From: Chiloscyllium plagiosum
Lineage: Eukaryota
Length of the DNA: 51,669 nt
Direction of reading: 5' to 3'
NCBI RefSeq assembly: GCF_004010195.1
Contig: NC_057753.1
Location: forward strand, 10,760,135 to 10,811,803
Of this stretch, positions 22,709 to 35,330 are shown one piece after another. Under the pieces are notes generated by a model, which saw nothing but the letters and a program-made list of their open reading frames with translations, made no database searches and was not told where the DNA came from. The translations under genes were made by a program, and so were the position numbers. The stretch's first letter is position 1. Each line of letters opens with the position of its first letter.

Positions 22709-23559
22709 TGGGAGAGGGAGCTTTCCTTGCGTTGCTCGGGGTTGAAAATACAAACAGAACAAGTATGCAGTCTCTCCCCACCGTGAGGGGTGAGATTTTG
22801 ATCCCCCCCAAACTGAGAAAATGGCGTGAAGCACTTTTTAGTGCACTGAATCTCCCTCACTCGGGTGTCTCAATATTCACAGTGTCCAAAATCTCTCAAG
22901 CAAACATTTTTTCTCGATTTGAATGATTGCTGATGTTCAAGTCCCAATGAATCGAGTGACTCCATCAGAAATCGATGTATCATTTGCTTTCAGATTTCTT
23001 TCTGCATGTCTTCCTGCAAAAAAAATTCACAAAATAAGAGATCACGGTCAGTACTGTTAAATGAACATAACGTGGTTGACAATTCCTGTAGATTGCCAGA
23101 TGATTGCATACTATCCAGGACACAGAGACCTAAAAACCCTCTTGCAATCAGATAGCCTTCTGTGTGTACGGAGGAAAACTTCATTTAGGTGACAATGACC
23201 TGGAACAAGTTGCCTACAAAGGTGCTGGAAATGGAGCTGAATCAAGGACATGACAATGAAATGTCAAGGCTACTTGAGAAAGGAAAGCCAGTAAAGTTGC
23301 TGAATGATTTCCTTCTGTCCTATTAAGTAAGGAAGATGACAAGAAATACAGGACATAAGTCCATTATTACATTAGAAGGTGAAGGATAATTTTATATCAA
23401 TGTGCCAATCCCTTCAATGCTGCTTGGTTCCATGAGAAACTACCCTTTTAATTGTGAACATGAGGAAACAAGCAATCCTTTACGAGTCTGCAAACTGTAT
23501 GCGTGCCAAACTGTGGGAATACATAAGGAAAATACCTTTAAGATGGTCAAGAGAGCATC

Positions 23560-23830
23560 TGAGCACCTTTGCAGAGTCTGCTCCCTCCCTGGATTCAGTC
23601 CAGTTGCTACAAGCGAACAGTGTCTCCCCCCACTTTCTCTCTCCCTCCCAGAATGAGGAACGGAAAGGGGGAAACATTGCTTTGCTCCTAGATGTTGCCC
23701 AGAGGGAGGGAGGTTCCCTTTGGGACTGACAGGGCAACTTCCACGCTGTGACGTCCAACAAAGAGAGAGAGGGTGTGTGTGTAGAGAGAGGCTCTCACAC
23801 CACTTGCGCTGCCCTGCAGCTGAGGCACAT
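23560..23830 (-). promoter_or_regulatory. Putative promoter/first non-coding exon of the intact ZNF gene (module A)
   Basis: Homologous to 2535-2790 and, inverted, to 13095-13263. Contains ACTTCC and a CRE-like GTGACGTC. Confidence 0.55.
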
Positions 23831-24514
23831 GGGGAGGGGTGGACACTTTGCAAACTCTCCTCCAAGTCAATGTGGTTCAGTTCAAGCAAAGCACAGGGTT
23901 TAATTTTAGCTTCACATTCACAGAAAGCCTCCTTATCTGTGAATCCAACATTTTACTCCTCCCTCCACTCCATGGAAATAGCAATTTGTGAGACTCCACA
24001 GTTGGAGTTGCTCCCTGCTGTAGGGGCTTTGGTAGAAACTGTTTATTTTGTGAACCATTTTGTTTCAATCCCATCCTTGCCAGTCAGATACTAATTTAAC
24101 ACAGAGGATGGTTCACGTGTGGATTGAACTTCCTGAGGAAGTAGAGGATGCAGGATCCAAAAGACATCAATTGGAAAGTTTGGAAGGATACAGGCCAGCA
24201 ACAAGCAGGAGAGATGGGTTTTATTTGAGATTATGGTTAGCATGGACTGGTTGGAGTCTACTTCCATGCTGCGAGACTCAATGGCAGATTCAGTTGTTTG
24301 AAAGTGGACTCACAGGTACACAGGATAGTGAAGATGTTTGGTACACTTCACAGGATATTGGTTTGGCCAGTTTTGGAGTATTGCATGCAATTCTGGTACC
24401 AGTGATCACACCTTGACACACAGTACATCAGAGATAGTGACTAAAATTGACTGGGACACACAAAATCATTAAATCCCTGCAGCGCAGAAAGAGGCCATTT
24501 GGCCAATTGAATGC

Positions 24515-25090
24515 ATTGTGTACATGAGTTGGGAGGTCATGTTGCGGCTGTACAGGATACTGTTCAGCTACTTTTGCATTCAATTCTGATCTCCCTGCTA
24601 TAGGAGAAGAAGGATTTTGTGGAACTTGCGAGGGTGCAGAAAAGATTGATAAGGATGTCGCTTGGATTGGAGGGTTTGAGGTACAAGGAGAGGCTGAATA
24701 GAATGGAGCTGTTTTCCCTGGAGCATTGGAGTCTGAGGTTTATAAATTCATGAGCAGCGTGGATAGGGTAAATAGGCAAGGTCTTTTGTTTTGGGCACCT
24801 CCAGCCAGGAAAAGAGGGCATAGGTTTAGGGGTGAGGAGGGGAAACACTTAAAAGGGACCTAAGGAGCAACATTTTCACACGTGCTGCGTGAATGAAATG
24901 TGCTGCAGAGGAAGTGGCTGGTACAATTATATTCAAAAGGCATCTGGATGGGTATGTGAATAGGGTGGGTTTGGAAGGATATGGGCCAAATGCTGACAAA
25001 TGGAACTAGATATACATGGGATATCTTGTCAGCTTGGATGTGTTGGTTGGAAAGGTCTATTTCTGTGCTGTATAGACTTATGTCTATTTG
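24515..25090 (+). mobile_element. CR1/HER1 LINE 3' end
   Basis: gagttgggaggtcatgttgcggctgtacagga...gagaggctgaatagaatggagctgttttccctggagc...; its 3' part is paralogous to about 35580-35750. Confidence 0.8.
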
Positions 25091-26584
25091 ATAACAGATG
25101 CTTTATTTTTGTTGATGTAGATATTGTTATAAGTCATAGCTGGACACTAATATTTAGATAAGGAACAGAATTCCTCAAGTAGGGCACAATAAGAATCCTT
25201 GGAGATTGTACTTCTAGTATACTTCCAAGTGATCAAATATAAAGCACGGGAATCTATTTATTTCTAATTTTGTTTCACTTTTTATGTATTATTCCCTATG
25301 ATGACTCTCTGTCTGGGCAGTTGACAGACTGGGAGATTGTGGTTTGGGCCTTCATTTATTGAATGTTTTATTGTTTCAGAAGGTGTAAAAGGGGGACAAA
25401 ACTTCAGCAGAAAACCTGCAGAGCTGAAAACAGACTACATCTTACTCTGTGGGAACAGGGAGATCAACAGAGGACAGAGAAATCAGGACCTGAAATCCGA
25501 GCTTACACCAGACCACCATGTTATCAATGCTTTGATTAGCAGTGCCGACCGTCTACCTTTACCTCGCTTCCCAATGGATTTGAATGCCACGTATCCCCTC
25601 GATATTCAGGATCGAATCCTTGTCATCCTGAAGCCATGTCTCTGTAAGGAGTCTAAAATCATAATTACTCTTGTCAATGTGCACAGTCAATTCATTCACT
25701 TTTGTTACAATGCAGCACACATTCAGTCACAGTTTTTAGTTTCAATTTTAGTGATCTTTTGAATCCAGCATTGATTTTTGGTTTATTGATAGAAAAGGAT
25801 AAGGAGAATCATTCTCTGAGATTCATTTCACACATTCCCCTACATTGATCACCGTCCTGGATTTGGATTGGCCATGCTAAATTGCCCATACTGTCAATGG
25901 ATGTACAGGTTGGTGGGTTAGCCAATTGGAAATACTGGGTTATAGTTTCATAGTAATAGAAGCAGGATAGGCCATTTGGCCCATCGAACCTGCTCCACCA
26001 TTCGTTAAGATAGCGGCTGATCTATCCATCGTCTCAACTCCTGCTACCTGCATTAACCCAACTACTCTGAACTTCCCTACCATACAAAAGCCCATCCAAC
26101 AGTATCTTGAATGCTGCCTCTACTGCTTCCTTGGGCAGAGAATTCCATAGATTCACTACTCTCTGGGAAAAAAATTGTTCCTCCTCATCTCCGCCCTAAA
26201 TCTACTCTCCATAATCTTGAGCCCATGTCCCCTCATCTAGTCTCACCCACCAGCAGAAATGACTTGGTATGGTGGGGGATGTGGGCTGGTGGCATGTTCT
26301 TTGGAGGGGTCGGTGTGGACTTGATGGGCCAAAGGCTTGCTTCCACACTGTAGGGCTTCTTTAATTTCCTGCAGTTGTGTTTGCTCCAGATCATAGCACC
26401 CAGAACTTCCCATCTTCTGCTATTCAAAAGACAGGTCCCACCCTGCCCTCTTGTATGTGTGTTATCTAACTGCTTAATCGTTTCTAGTCAATACAGCCCA
26501 TACCTCCCGCTGTTGCCAGTAAACTTTACAATGCTGATGAAACAATGCAATGTCTGCAGTAATGAAAATCATAAGTTTTGTACC

Positions 26585-27100
26585 CCCTATCCTGTGCAAA
26601 AGATCTTGGCTATTCACCATATCCACGTCCCTTATAAACTTCTCACAAGGTCACCCCTCAGCTGACGGTCCAGGGAAAACAGTTGCAGCCCATTCAGCCT
26701 CTCCTTGCAGAACTCTGGCAACACCCTTGTCAGTCTTTTCCAAACCCTTTCAGAGTTTCATAACATATTTCCTATACCAGGAAGATCAGAGCTGAATGCA
26801 ATATTCCAACAGTAGCCCAAACCAATGTCCTGTACATCATCAACATGACCTCCCAACTGCATATCCACTGACCAATTGAAAGCAAGCATACTAAACACCT
26901 TTTTCACTACCATTTCTACATGTGACTCCACTTTCAAGGAACAATGAACCTGCAGCACAAGGTCTCTTCTTTTCCCAAGCAACACTTCCCATTAACAGTG
27001 TAAGACCTGCCCTGGATTGCTTCACTAAAATGCAACACCTCACATTTATCTAAGTTAAACTCCGTCTGCCACTGCTCGGCCATCAGCCCATCAAATCAAT
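26585..27100 (-). mobile_element. CR1 fragment predating the segmental duplication
   Basis: RDLVLQVHCSLKVESHVEMVVKKVFSMLAF; paralogue at about 38750-39260. Confidence 0.8.
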
Positions 27101-27333
27101 TCTAATTTATAGCGAAGTTTCTTTCATCTCTCATTTGCAGAAAGCTGGAAGTTGTCCATCCTACACACTCTTCCCCCCATTCTTACTTTGCTGAACCTAA
27201 TCCTACTGAAGGGTCTGGTACATGCTGATTAATAGGCCCACGCTCATGGGAGATCTAATTGAAACATGCAGAGTCATGAACGGTATGGGCAGAGTGGTCA
27301 TTGGGAGGATATTTCCATTGGTAGGAGAGACCA

Positions 27334-29648
27334 GAGTCAGAGAGATGTACAGCATGGAAACAGACCCTTTGGTCCAACTTTTCCATGCCGACCAGATATC
27401 CCAACCCAATCTAGTCCCACCTGCCAACAATCAGCCCATATTCCTCCACACCCTTCCTATTCATATACCCATCCAAATGCCTCTTAAATGTTGTAATTGT
27501 ACCAGCCTCCACCACTTCCTCTGGCAGCTCATTCCATGCATGTACCATCCTCTGAGTGAAAAAGTTGCCCTGAGGTCCCTTTTATATCTTTCCCCTCTCA
27601 CCCTAAACCAATGTCCTCTGGTCCTGGACTCCCCGACCCCAGGGGAAAGACTTTGTCGATTTATCCTATCCATGCCCTTCATAATTTTGTAAGCCTCCAT
27701 AAGATCACCCCTCAGCCTCAGACGCTCCAGGGAAAACAGCCCCAGCCTGTTCAGCCCGTCCTCATAGCTCAAATCCTCCAACCCTGGCAACATCCTTGTA
27801 AATCTTTTCTGAACCCTTTCAAGTTTCACAACATCTTTCCAATAGGAAGGAGACCAGAATTGCACGCAATATTCCAACAGTGGCCTAACCAATGTCCCGT
27901 ACAGCCGCAACATGACATCTCAACTCCTGTACTCAATACTCTAACCAATAAAGGAAAGCATACCAATTGCCTTCTTCACTATCCTATCTACCCACTTTCA
28001 AGGAGCTATGAACCTGCACTCCAAGGTTTCTTTGTTCAGCAACACACCCAAGGACCTTACCATTAAGTGTATAAGTCCTGCTAAGATTTGCTTTCCCAAA
28101 ATGCAGCAACTCACATTTATCCAAATTAAACTCCATCTGCCACTTCTCAGCCCATTGGCCCATCTGGTCAAGATCCTGTTGTAATCTGAGGTAACCTTCT
28201 TCACTGTCCACTACACCTCCAATTTTGGTGTCATCAGCAAACTTACTAACTATACCTCTTATGCTTGCATCCAAATCATTTATATAAATGACAAAATGTA
28301 AAGGACCCAGCAACAATCATTGTGGCACTCTACTGGTCACAGGCCTCCAGTCTGAAAAACAACCCTCCACCAACACCCCGTCTTCTACTATTGAGCCAGT
28401 TCAGTATCCAAATGGTGAGTTCTCCCTGTATTCCGAGAGATCTAACCTTGCTAACCAGTCTCCCGTGGGAACGTCTTACTGAAGTCCATATAGATCACAT
28501 CCACCGCTCTGCCCTCATCCATCTTCTTTGTTACTTCTTCAAATAAAAACTCGATCAAGTTTGATAGACATGTATTCTCACGCACAAAACCATGTTGACT
28601 ATCCCTAATCAGTCCTTGCCTTTCCAAATACATGTACATCCTGTCCCTCAAGATTCTCTCCAACAACCGGCCCACCACCGATGTCAGGCTCACTAGTTTA
28701 TCGTTCCCTGGATTGTCCTTACCACCCTTCTTAAACAGTGTCACCACGTTAGCCAACTTCCAGTCTTCCGGCACCTCATCTGTGCCTATCAATGATACAA
28801 ATATCTCAGCAAGAGGCCCAGCAATCACTTCCCTATCTTCCCACAGAGCTCTCGGGTATACATGATCAGGTCCTGGGGATTTATCCACCTCTATGCGTTT
28901 CAGGACATCCAGCACTTCGTCTTCTGTAATATGGACATTTTGCAAGATGTCACCAGCTATATCTTCCATATCCTTTTCCACAGTAAATACTGATGCAAAA
29001 TACTCGTTTAGTATCTCCCCCATTTTCTGCAGCTCCATACAAAGGCCGCCTTGCTGATCTTTGAGAGGTCCTATTCTCTCCCTACCCTTTTGTCCTTAAT
29101 GTATTTGTAAAACCCTTTGGATTCTCCTTAATTCTATTTGCCAAAGTTATTTCATGTCCCATTTTTGCCCTCCTGATGTCCCTCTTAGGTATACTCCTAC
29201 TGCCTTTATACTCTAAGGATTCACTCGATCCATCCTATGTTTCCTTCTTTTTCTTAACCAAACCCTCAATTTCTTTAGTCATCCAGCATTCCCTATACCT
29301 ACCAGCCTTTCCCTTCACTCTGAGAGGAATATACTTTCTCTGGATTCTTGTTATCTCATTTCTGAAGGCTTCCCATTTTCCGGCTGTCCCTTTACCTACG
29401 AACATCTGCCTCCAATAAGCTTGTGAAAGTTCTTTGCCTAATACCGTCAAAATTGGCCTTTCTCCAATTTAGAACTTCAACTTTTAGATCCAGTCTATCC
29501 TTTTCCATCACTATTTTAAATCTAATGGAATTATGGTCGCTGGCCCCAAAGTGCTCCCCCACTGACAACTCAGTCACCTGCAGCGCCTTATTTTCCAGGA
29601 TCAAGTCAGGTTTTGCATCTTCTCTAGTACGTACATCCACATACTGAA
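27334..29648 (-). mobile_element. CR1/HER1 LINE ORF2 fragment (end of endonuclease, RT, 3' end), 2.3 kb
   Basis: EHFGASDHNSIRF, KSPGPDHVYPR, QHGF, VDVIYMDFSK, SKFADDTKIGG, WQMEFN and LEYCVQFWSP. Confidence 0.95.
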
Positions 29649-29659
29649 TCATTATTTAT

Positions 29660-30435
29660 TAGGACCCAAGTGCACAGCCTCAGAGTAAAGGGAAGTTCTT
29701 TTAGAATGGAGATACGGAGAAACTTCTTCAGCCAGAGTGTGGTGAATCTATGGAATTCACTTCCACAGAAGGCTGTGGAGGCCAAGTGACTGAGTTCTTG
29801 ACTGTCAAGGGATCGAGGGTAATGGGATGAAAGCGGGCGATTGGAGTTGAGAAAATTATCAGCCATGATTGAATGGGGGAGCAGACCCGATGGGCTGAAT
29901 GGCCTAACTTCTGGTCCTGCGTCTTATGGTCTCTTGCTGTCCTGGACACAGAGTGAGAGAATTGGACGTACGACTGGACCATTTGGTCTTTTAACCCTAC
30001 ACCAGCATTGAACAGATCATAACTGGATATGAACACATGTAGGCAGATAGGCTGAGACTTTTTCCACTGGAGCATAGGAGGTTCAGAGGTGACCGTATAG
30101 AGGATTATGAAATCATGAGGGGTATGGATGAGGTTTATGGTAGGTGTCTTTTCCCAAGGGTGGGATTTTCAAGATTCGGGAGCAAAACTTTGAAGGTGAG
30201 AGGAGAAAGATTTTAAAAAGACTGAGGGGCACCATTTTCTTTTCTTTGTGTGGGGAATGAACATCCAGAGGAAGTGGTGGATAAACGTTTAAAAGACATT
30301 TAGATAAGTACATGAATAGGAAAAGTCCACAGGGATATGGGCCAAACACATGCAGGTGGGACTAGTTTAGTTGGAGAACATAGTCAGCATGGACTAGTTG
30401 GACTGAAGGGTCTGTTTCTGTACTGTATGACTAAC
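29660..30435 (+). mobile_element. Two CR1-type 3' fragments
   Basis: aacttcttcagccagagtgtggtgaatctatggaattc; tttccactggagcataggaggttcagaggtgacc. Paralogues lie at 39500-40570. Confidence 0.75.
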
Positions 30436-30675
30436 TGTTCTATACTGGTCTTCAAACTATTGTCTTGTCTTCCCCCATAACCATCCACTTCTTTCTTGTT
30501 CAAAAATCAGATGAACTTAGCCTTGGACGTATTCAATGACCCCTAACTGCAGGAAGACATCGCCACTTCTGAACTCATTTCCCCTTGTCTTACAACATTG
30601 CCTGTTGCACCTGTCTGACAACTGGCATTCACTGGTGTAGAAGGTCTCCTTGTACATCCATACATGCCCTTTTTA

Positions 30676-30780
30676 TGCCTGATGTTGGGCTCCCGCCCGA
30701 AATGACGACTCTTCTGCTCCTCGGATGCTGCCTGACCTGCTGTGCTTTTGCAGCGCCACACTTTTCGACTCTGATCTCCT
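30676..30780 (+). mobile_element. Degenerate family A Penelope-derived short element
   Basis: cctgatgttgggctcccgcccgaaatg...ggatgctgcctgacctgctgtgc; same insertion as 40805-40935 in the duplicated block. Confidence 0.75.
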
Positions 30781-30899
30781 CATTTTCGCCATACCCCAAC
30801 ATATCGCCACTTAAAACATGCGCCTCGGTTCTGCCTTCTCTTTTCACAGCAAAGGCTGTGGCACTGCATTTGCCGGGTTTGCCAATTGAGACACAGGCC

Positions 30900-31300
30900 T
30901 GGACCACGTTTTCCAGAGTCTGTCCCCTCCCTGGATTCCCTTCCGTTCGTACAAGTCAACTAAACCCCAGAACGAAAAAGAAATGCAAAAGGGGGTTAAG
31001 AAAAGAGAATGCCGTACTCACAAATGTTGGACAGAGGAAGGAAGTTGCAGTCTGGGGTAAAGCTCAATCTTCACCCAGAGAGAGAGAGGAACAGCAGCAG
31101 CAGCAGCAGCACTGTCAGAAGTCCGTGACCCAACTTCCGCACTCAGGGTGTCTTTGATTGGCAGGAGGAAAAGGCTCCTTCCGGTCGGCCCAGAGGTGCC
31201 CATTGGTTCATGACAAGAATGTCGCTGCCGTTTCAGCGGACAGCGACGAGCATGCTCAGATTGTTTGCTGACACTGGCGCACATGCGCAGTATGCTGTGT
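30900..31300 (-). promoter_or_regulatory. CpG-containing promoter/first-exon module B
   Basis: NRF1-like GCACATGCGCA (31279-31289), two CCAAT boxes on the minus strand (31157, 31202), ETS-like CTTCCGG/ACTTCCG, a (CAG)6 tract and a minus-strand donor GTGAGT at 31021. Confidence 0.6.
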
Positions 31301-32039
31301 GGCGGGGTTACTGACAGATTTCAAGCGTCCAAATGCCAGTGGGGGATAAAGAAAGGCTGGAATCAGAATTTTGTTTTTGCCCCTGCGCCTCGATATTTTT
31401 TCCCTTTTGCATTTAGTCTGGCTGTTCAACTATGTAGGTGTTTTACCCAGGGTAGGTGTTTAAAAAGGAACGTAAGGGGTAATATTTGCACGCACATGAT
31501 GGTGGGTGTATGGAATAAACTGCCAGGGGAAGTAGTGGAGGCTGGTATAAAAAAAACATCTGGATGGATACATGAATATGAAGGGTTAAGAGAAATATGA
31601 GCCAAATGCTGGCAAATAGGACACTCGGTTGATTTAGGATATCTGGTCGTATCCTATAATTCTATTTCTACATAGTTCGAAGCAATTTCACAGGACTAGA
31701 AATAGGTCATTCACCCCTCACAGCCTGTACTCAAATGTAGCCTAACTCCACATATTTGAATGCAAGTTTCAGAAAGATGTCTGCAGGACTTTTTTAATTG
31801 AACATGCTTTCAGACTTGAATGATGTTTCTGAATATATTATTTGAGCTATTCTCAATTTTACATATCAGCCATTTCTCACACAACCCCTCTCTCCCAAGT
31901 AGAGTCATTACCATCCATTCTCTCTCTCTTCTGAGACGGGCTTGATATAGCTGCAATCTCTCTTTCAAGCTTCTCCAGTCCTGAGCACATCGGTACCCAA
32001 ATCCTGTTGCCATCTGGCCTCATTTGCCAATTGCAGAGA

Positions 32040-32960
32040 AGAAAGAGAACAAAGAACAAGGAAAATTTACAGCCCAGGAACAGGCCCTTTGGTCCTTCAA
32101 GCCTGAGCCAATCCAAATCCACTGTCTAAACCTAACATCCAATTCCTCAGGATCTGTATCCTTCTGTTCCCCATCTGTCCAGCTGCACCTTAAATGAATC
32201 TACCATGCCTGCCTCTACTACCTCTGCTGGAAACACATTCCAGACACCTACCACCCTCTGGGTAAAGTATTTTCCACATGTATCCACCTCTCACCTTGAA
32301 AGCGTGACCTCTCATTACTGAATCCCTCACCCTGGAAAAAAGCTTATCTCTATCCACCCTGTCTATACTCTTCATGATTTTCTAGACCTCAATCAGATGC
32401 CCCCCAATCTCCTTTTTTCAAATGAAAACAATCCTAACCTACTCAACCTCTCTTCATAGCTATCACCTTCCATCCCAGGCAACACCCTTGTAAACTTTCT
32501 CTGCTTCCTCTCCAAAGTGTCCATATCCTTTTGGTAATGTGGCGACCAGAACTGTACACAGTATTCTAAATGCGGCTGAACCAAAGTCATGTACAATTTT
32601 AACATGACCTGCCAGCTTTTATACACAATACCCCGTCCGAAAAAGGCATGCATACCATATCACTTCTTAACCACTCTATCCACCTATGCAGCAATCTTCA
32701 GGGTGCAATGGAACTGAACTCCCAGATCTCTCTGCTCAGCAACTTTTCCCAAGGCTCTTCCAGTATAAACAGTATAGTTCGCTCTAGAATTAGTCTTCCC
32801 AAAATGCATCACCTCACAGTTGCCTGGATTGAACTCCATCTGCCACTTCTCCACCCAACTCTCCACTCTATCTATATTCTCTTGTACTCTTTGACAGTTC
32901 TTTATGCTTTCTGCTACTCCACCAATCTTCATGTTATCTGTCATCTTACTGATCAGACCA
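32040..32960 (-). mobile_element. CR1 LINE 3' 0.9 kb
   Basis: DNMKIGGVAES, WQMEFN, LEYCVQFWSPHY and an agaacaaagaacaa tail. Confidence 0.92.
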
Positions 32961-34480
32961 ACAATCCAAAGCCATTCAAGTCGGCAGAGTCATCATCTGC
33001 ATCTCGAAGTTCCTTATTCAGCAATTTCAGTGCATTTGCTGTTTCATTTGCAATCACTTCAAAGTCATGGGCAAGATCTGATATCTGGTTCAAGGCCATC
33101 TCCACTCTCCAGCCAGGTATCAGTCCTCCCACTAATCTAGAGTACCATGAATGATGATGGAAAAAGCTAGAGAGGTCCCTTTACCTTCGGGTTGCTTTGT
33201 GTTGAGTTGGCACACTGTGAGAATTAATCCATTGATGTGCTTTCCATTCAAAATCTTCCTTTGGCATGTCATAGTGTAAACTGAAACCTGGAACAAGATA
33301 TGTCAGCGCATCTTCCTTGCCATTCCCTGGTTAAGTATTCATATGCTGAGTTTCCACATACCCAATAGGTTCCTCTAGGGGTATTTACTGCATCGTCAGT
33401 GGAGTATGCAACAAATCCAGTCAATGGAATAGCAGATTGAGTTAAACAGAAGGTGTTATCGAGAGAACGATTATTCATGTGCAGTACTGTGTGGTGTGGG
33501 GGCAACCGTCCATTATTCTGGATGACATTATATAACATTTGTCCTTAGGGAGGTCCCCCATCGGGTGGGCTCCATGTGTATGTTCGACACAACAATTGAA
33601 AATAGGGAGGATATTAACTTGGGAGAGTTTAGGTTTCTCATCACACCGTACACATGACCTGATCTGCTCTTTAGTATATTATTTATTGACACATTTTAAT
33701 ATTCTCATTTCTTTCTACCTTTGTCCATTACAATAGCTATCCTGTCGTTGAAACAAATTACAAGGGTGTTGTCCAACAGCTCGTATCCAGAATTCATTGA
33801 CTGCTGACAGTGGGTGTGGGGTACAAACTATTTTAGGTGATCCTTTTTCACCTTTAGAAGCTACGTTATGAGCGTAACCCACCAGTTTCTTCAAAACCTT
33901 AAAGTACGTCTTCTGATATCCTGGAGGTAGCCGAGGCGTAATCATAGTAGGGGTTACAAGTCCAGTGCTTTGATAGCTAAACCTGGGTTGATGGGTAATA
34001 TTAGGATTAACTTGATGCCAATATGATGGATAACATTATCGTAACTGGTTACGTTAGGGCAAAATATGATCGCATGATGGCAAGTTGTCCATGATTGACT
34101 CTGTCATATTCTAATAAACTATAAGGGCCATACTTTTGTTGTTCCTGGTATTGTACACTCATCCCCTCTGGTGCTTGTCTCATTATCGCAGAGACAATCA
34201 TTCCATTCTGTGGTAACTCTGTATCTTTCATTTTGATAGTAGTGGGTGTATTGTGTTACATTACAGAAGTTCATGGGAGATGTTTTTGATGTGATATCGC
34301 TGACCGTCTCGCTACCCGTAGTGATGATTGATGCTACTGCATTATTAAGAGCAGTACTTGAGGATGAGGTTGCAGACAAGACATTAGACTTTTTTTTTCA
34401 GACTGTGTTGGAGTGACAATTGGACTGGTTGCATCTGCATTTTCATCCATAATATTATGGGTAACATTGCTTGCCATCGT
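32960..34480 (-). mobile_element. Endogenous retrovirus env remnant (class I, gamma-type envelope)
   Basis: PRGTYWVCGNSAYEYLTREWQGRC; KR/DLS at the SU-TM junction; hydrophobic LVGGLIPG; heptad IANETANALKLLNKELR; ISD-like MMTLPT*MALD. Contains stops and frameshifts. Confidence 0.8.
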
Positions 34481-34537
34481 TCCTCCTAGGATGAGGAAGG
34501 TGCGTCTGACACTAATTTGCAGTGTCCCTTGGTAGAC

Positions 34538-35330
34538 CTATCTTGGGCTTCCTTTACATTTAATGGCTGTTTCAGTAGTCAATACTTGAAAGGGTCCCTT
34601 CCACTGCAGTCCCAACTGCTTCTTATTGAAGTTCTTGATTAAAATGTAGTCTCCAGGTTTGATGTCTTTGGCATCTGTCCTGGAATTCTCCTTTTCTTCT
34701 TCTTGGATATAGGCTTCCTTTACTTGTTGATGATAAAACTGGAGAACTTTGGTTCGTATGATAAGGTACCGGTGCATCTCTTCTGCCCTGAGGTGTACAT
34801 TCACAGGGCATGTGGGTGATACCAGTCCTGACCATGGGGTTTTCAAAGAGCAGCCATAAATAATTTCAGCTGCCATGAATCCCATCTTTTTCTGGGTCAT
34901 TGTTCTCATATTGAGCAATTCCAGAGACAAAAACGTGAAGCCAATTAAGTTTTGTCTCTTCCCTGAGTTTGGAGAATTGTCATTTCAGCGTGCTGTTGGC
35001 GCGTTCCATAATTCCTGCTGCTTGAGAACGATTCGCACAATGGAATTTTTGATTTATACCAAGGGCTGCACAAAGCTCTTTATTGAGTTCCAAAATGAAA
35101 TGGGAGCCATTGCCCATCAACAGAGATGATGGCACTCCAAGTCTTGGGATAATCACTTTCATCAATACTTTACAAGTGGTTTCAGCAATACAATTTGTAC
35201 ATGAAAAAGCTTCTATCCATTTACTAAACACATCCACAATAGCTAGACAATATTTATAGCTACAACATCGTAGTATCTCTAAATTCTAACTGTATACAAT
35301 CAAATGGTGCATGCCTGCAAAGGGGTAATT
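34538..35330 (-). mobile_element. Endogenous retrovirus integrase remnant
   Basis: VDVFSKWIEAF, IIPRLGVP, NGSHF, SQAAGIMERANSTLK and the C-terminal WKGPFQVLTTETAIKCKG. Confidence 0.92.

Noticed and set aside
21519..22786. Alternative-frame and antisense ORFs over the ZNF gene
   Set aside because: Shadow ORFs caused by the 84-bp periodic finger repeats.
22709..22834. N-terminal 42 aa of the 355-aa ORF
   Set aside because: It starts at GTG and overlaps degenerate finger sequence in another frame; ATG 22708 is the more plausible start.
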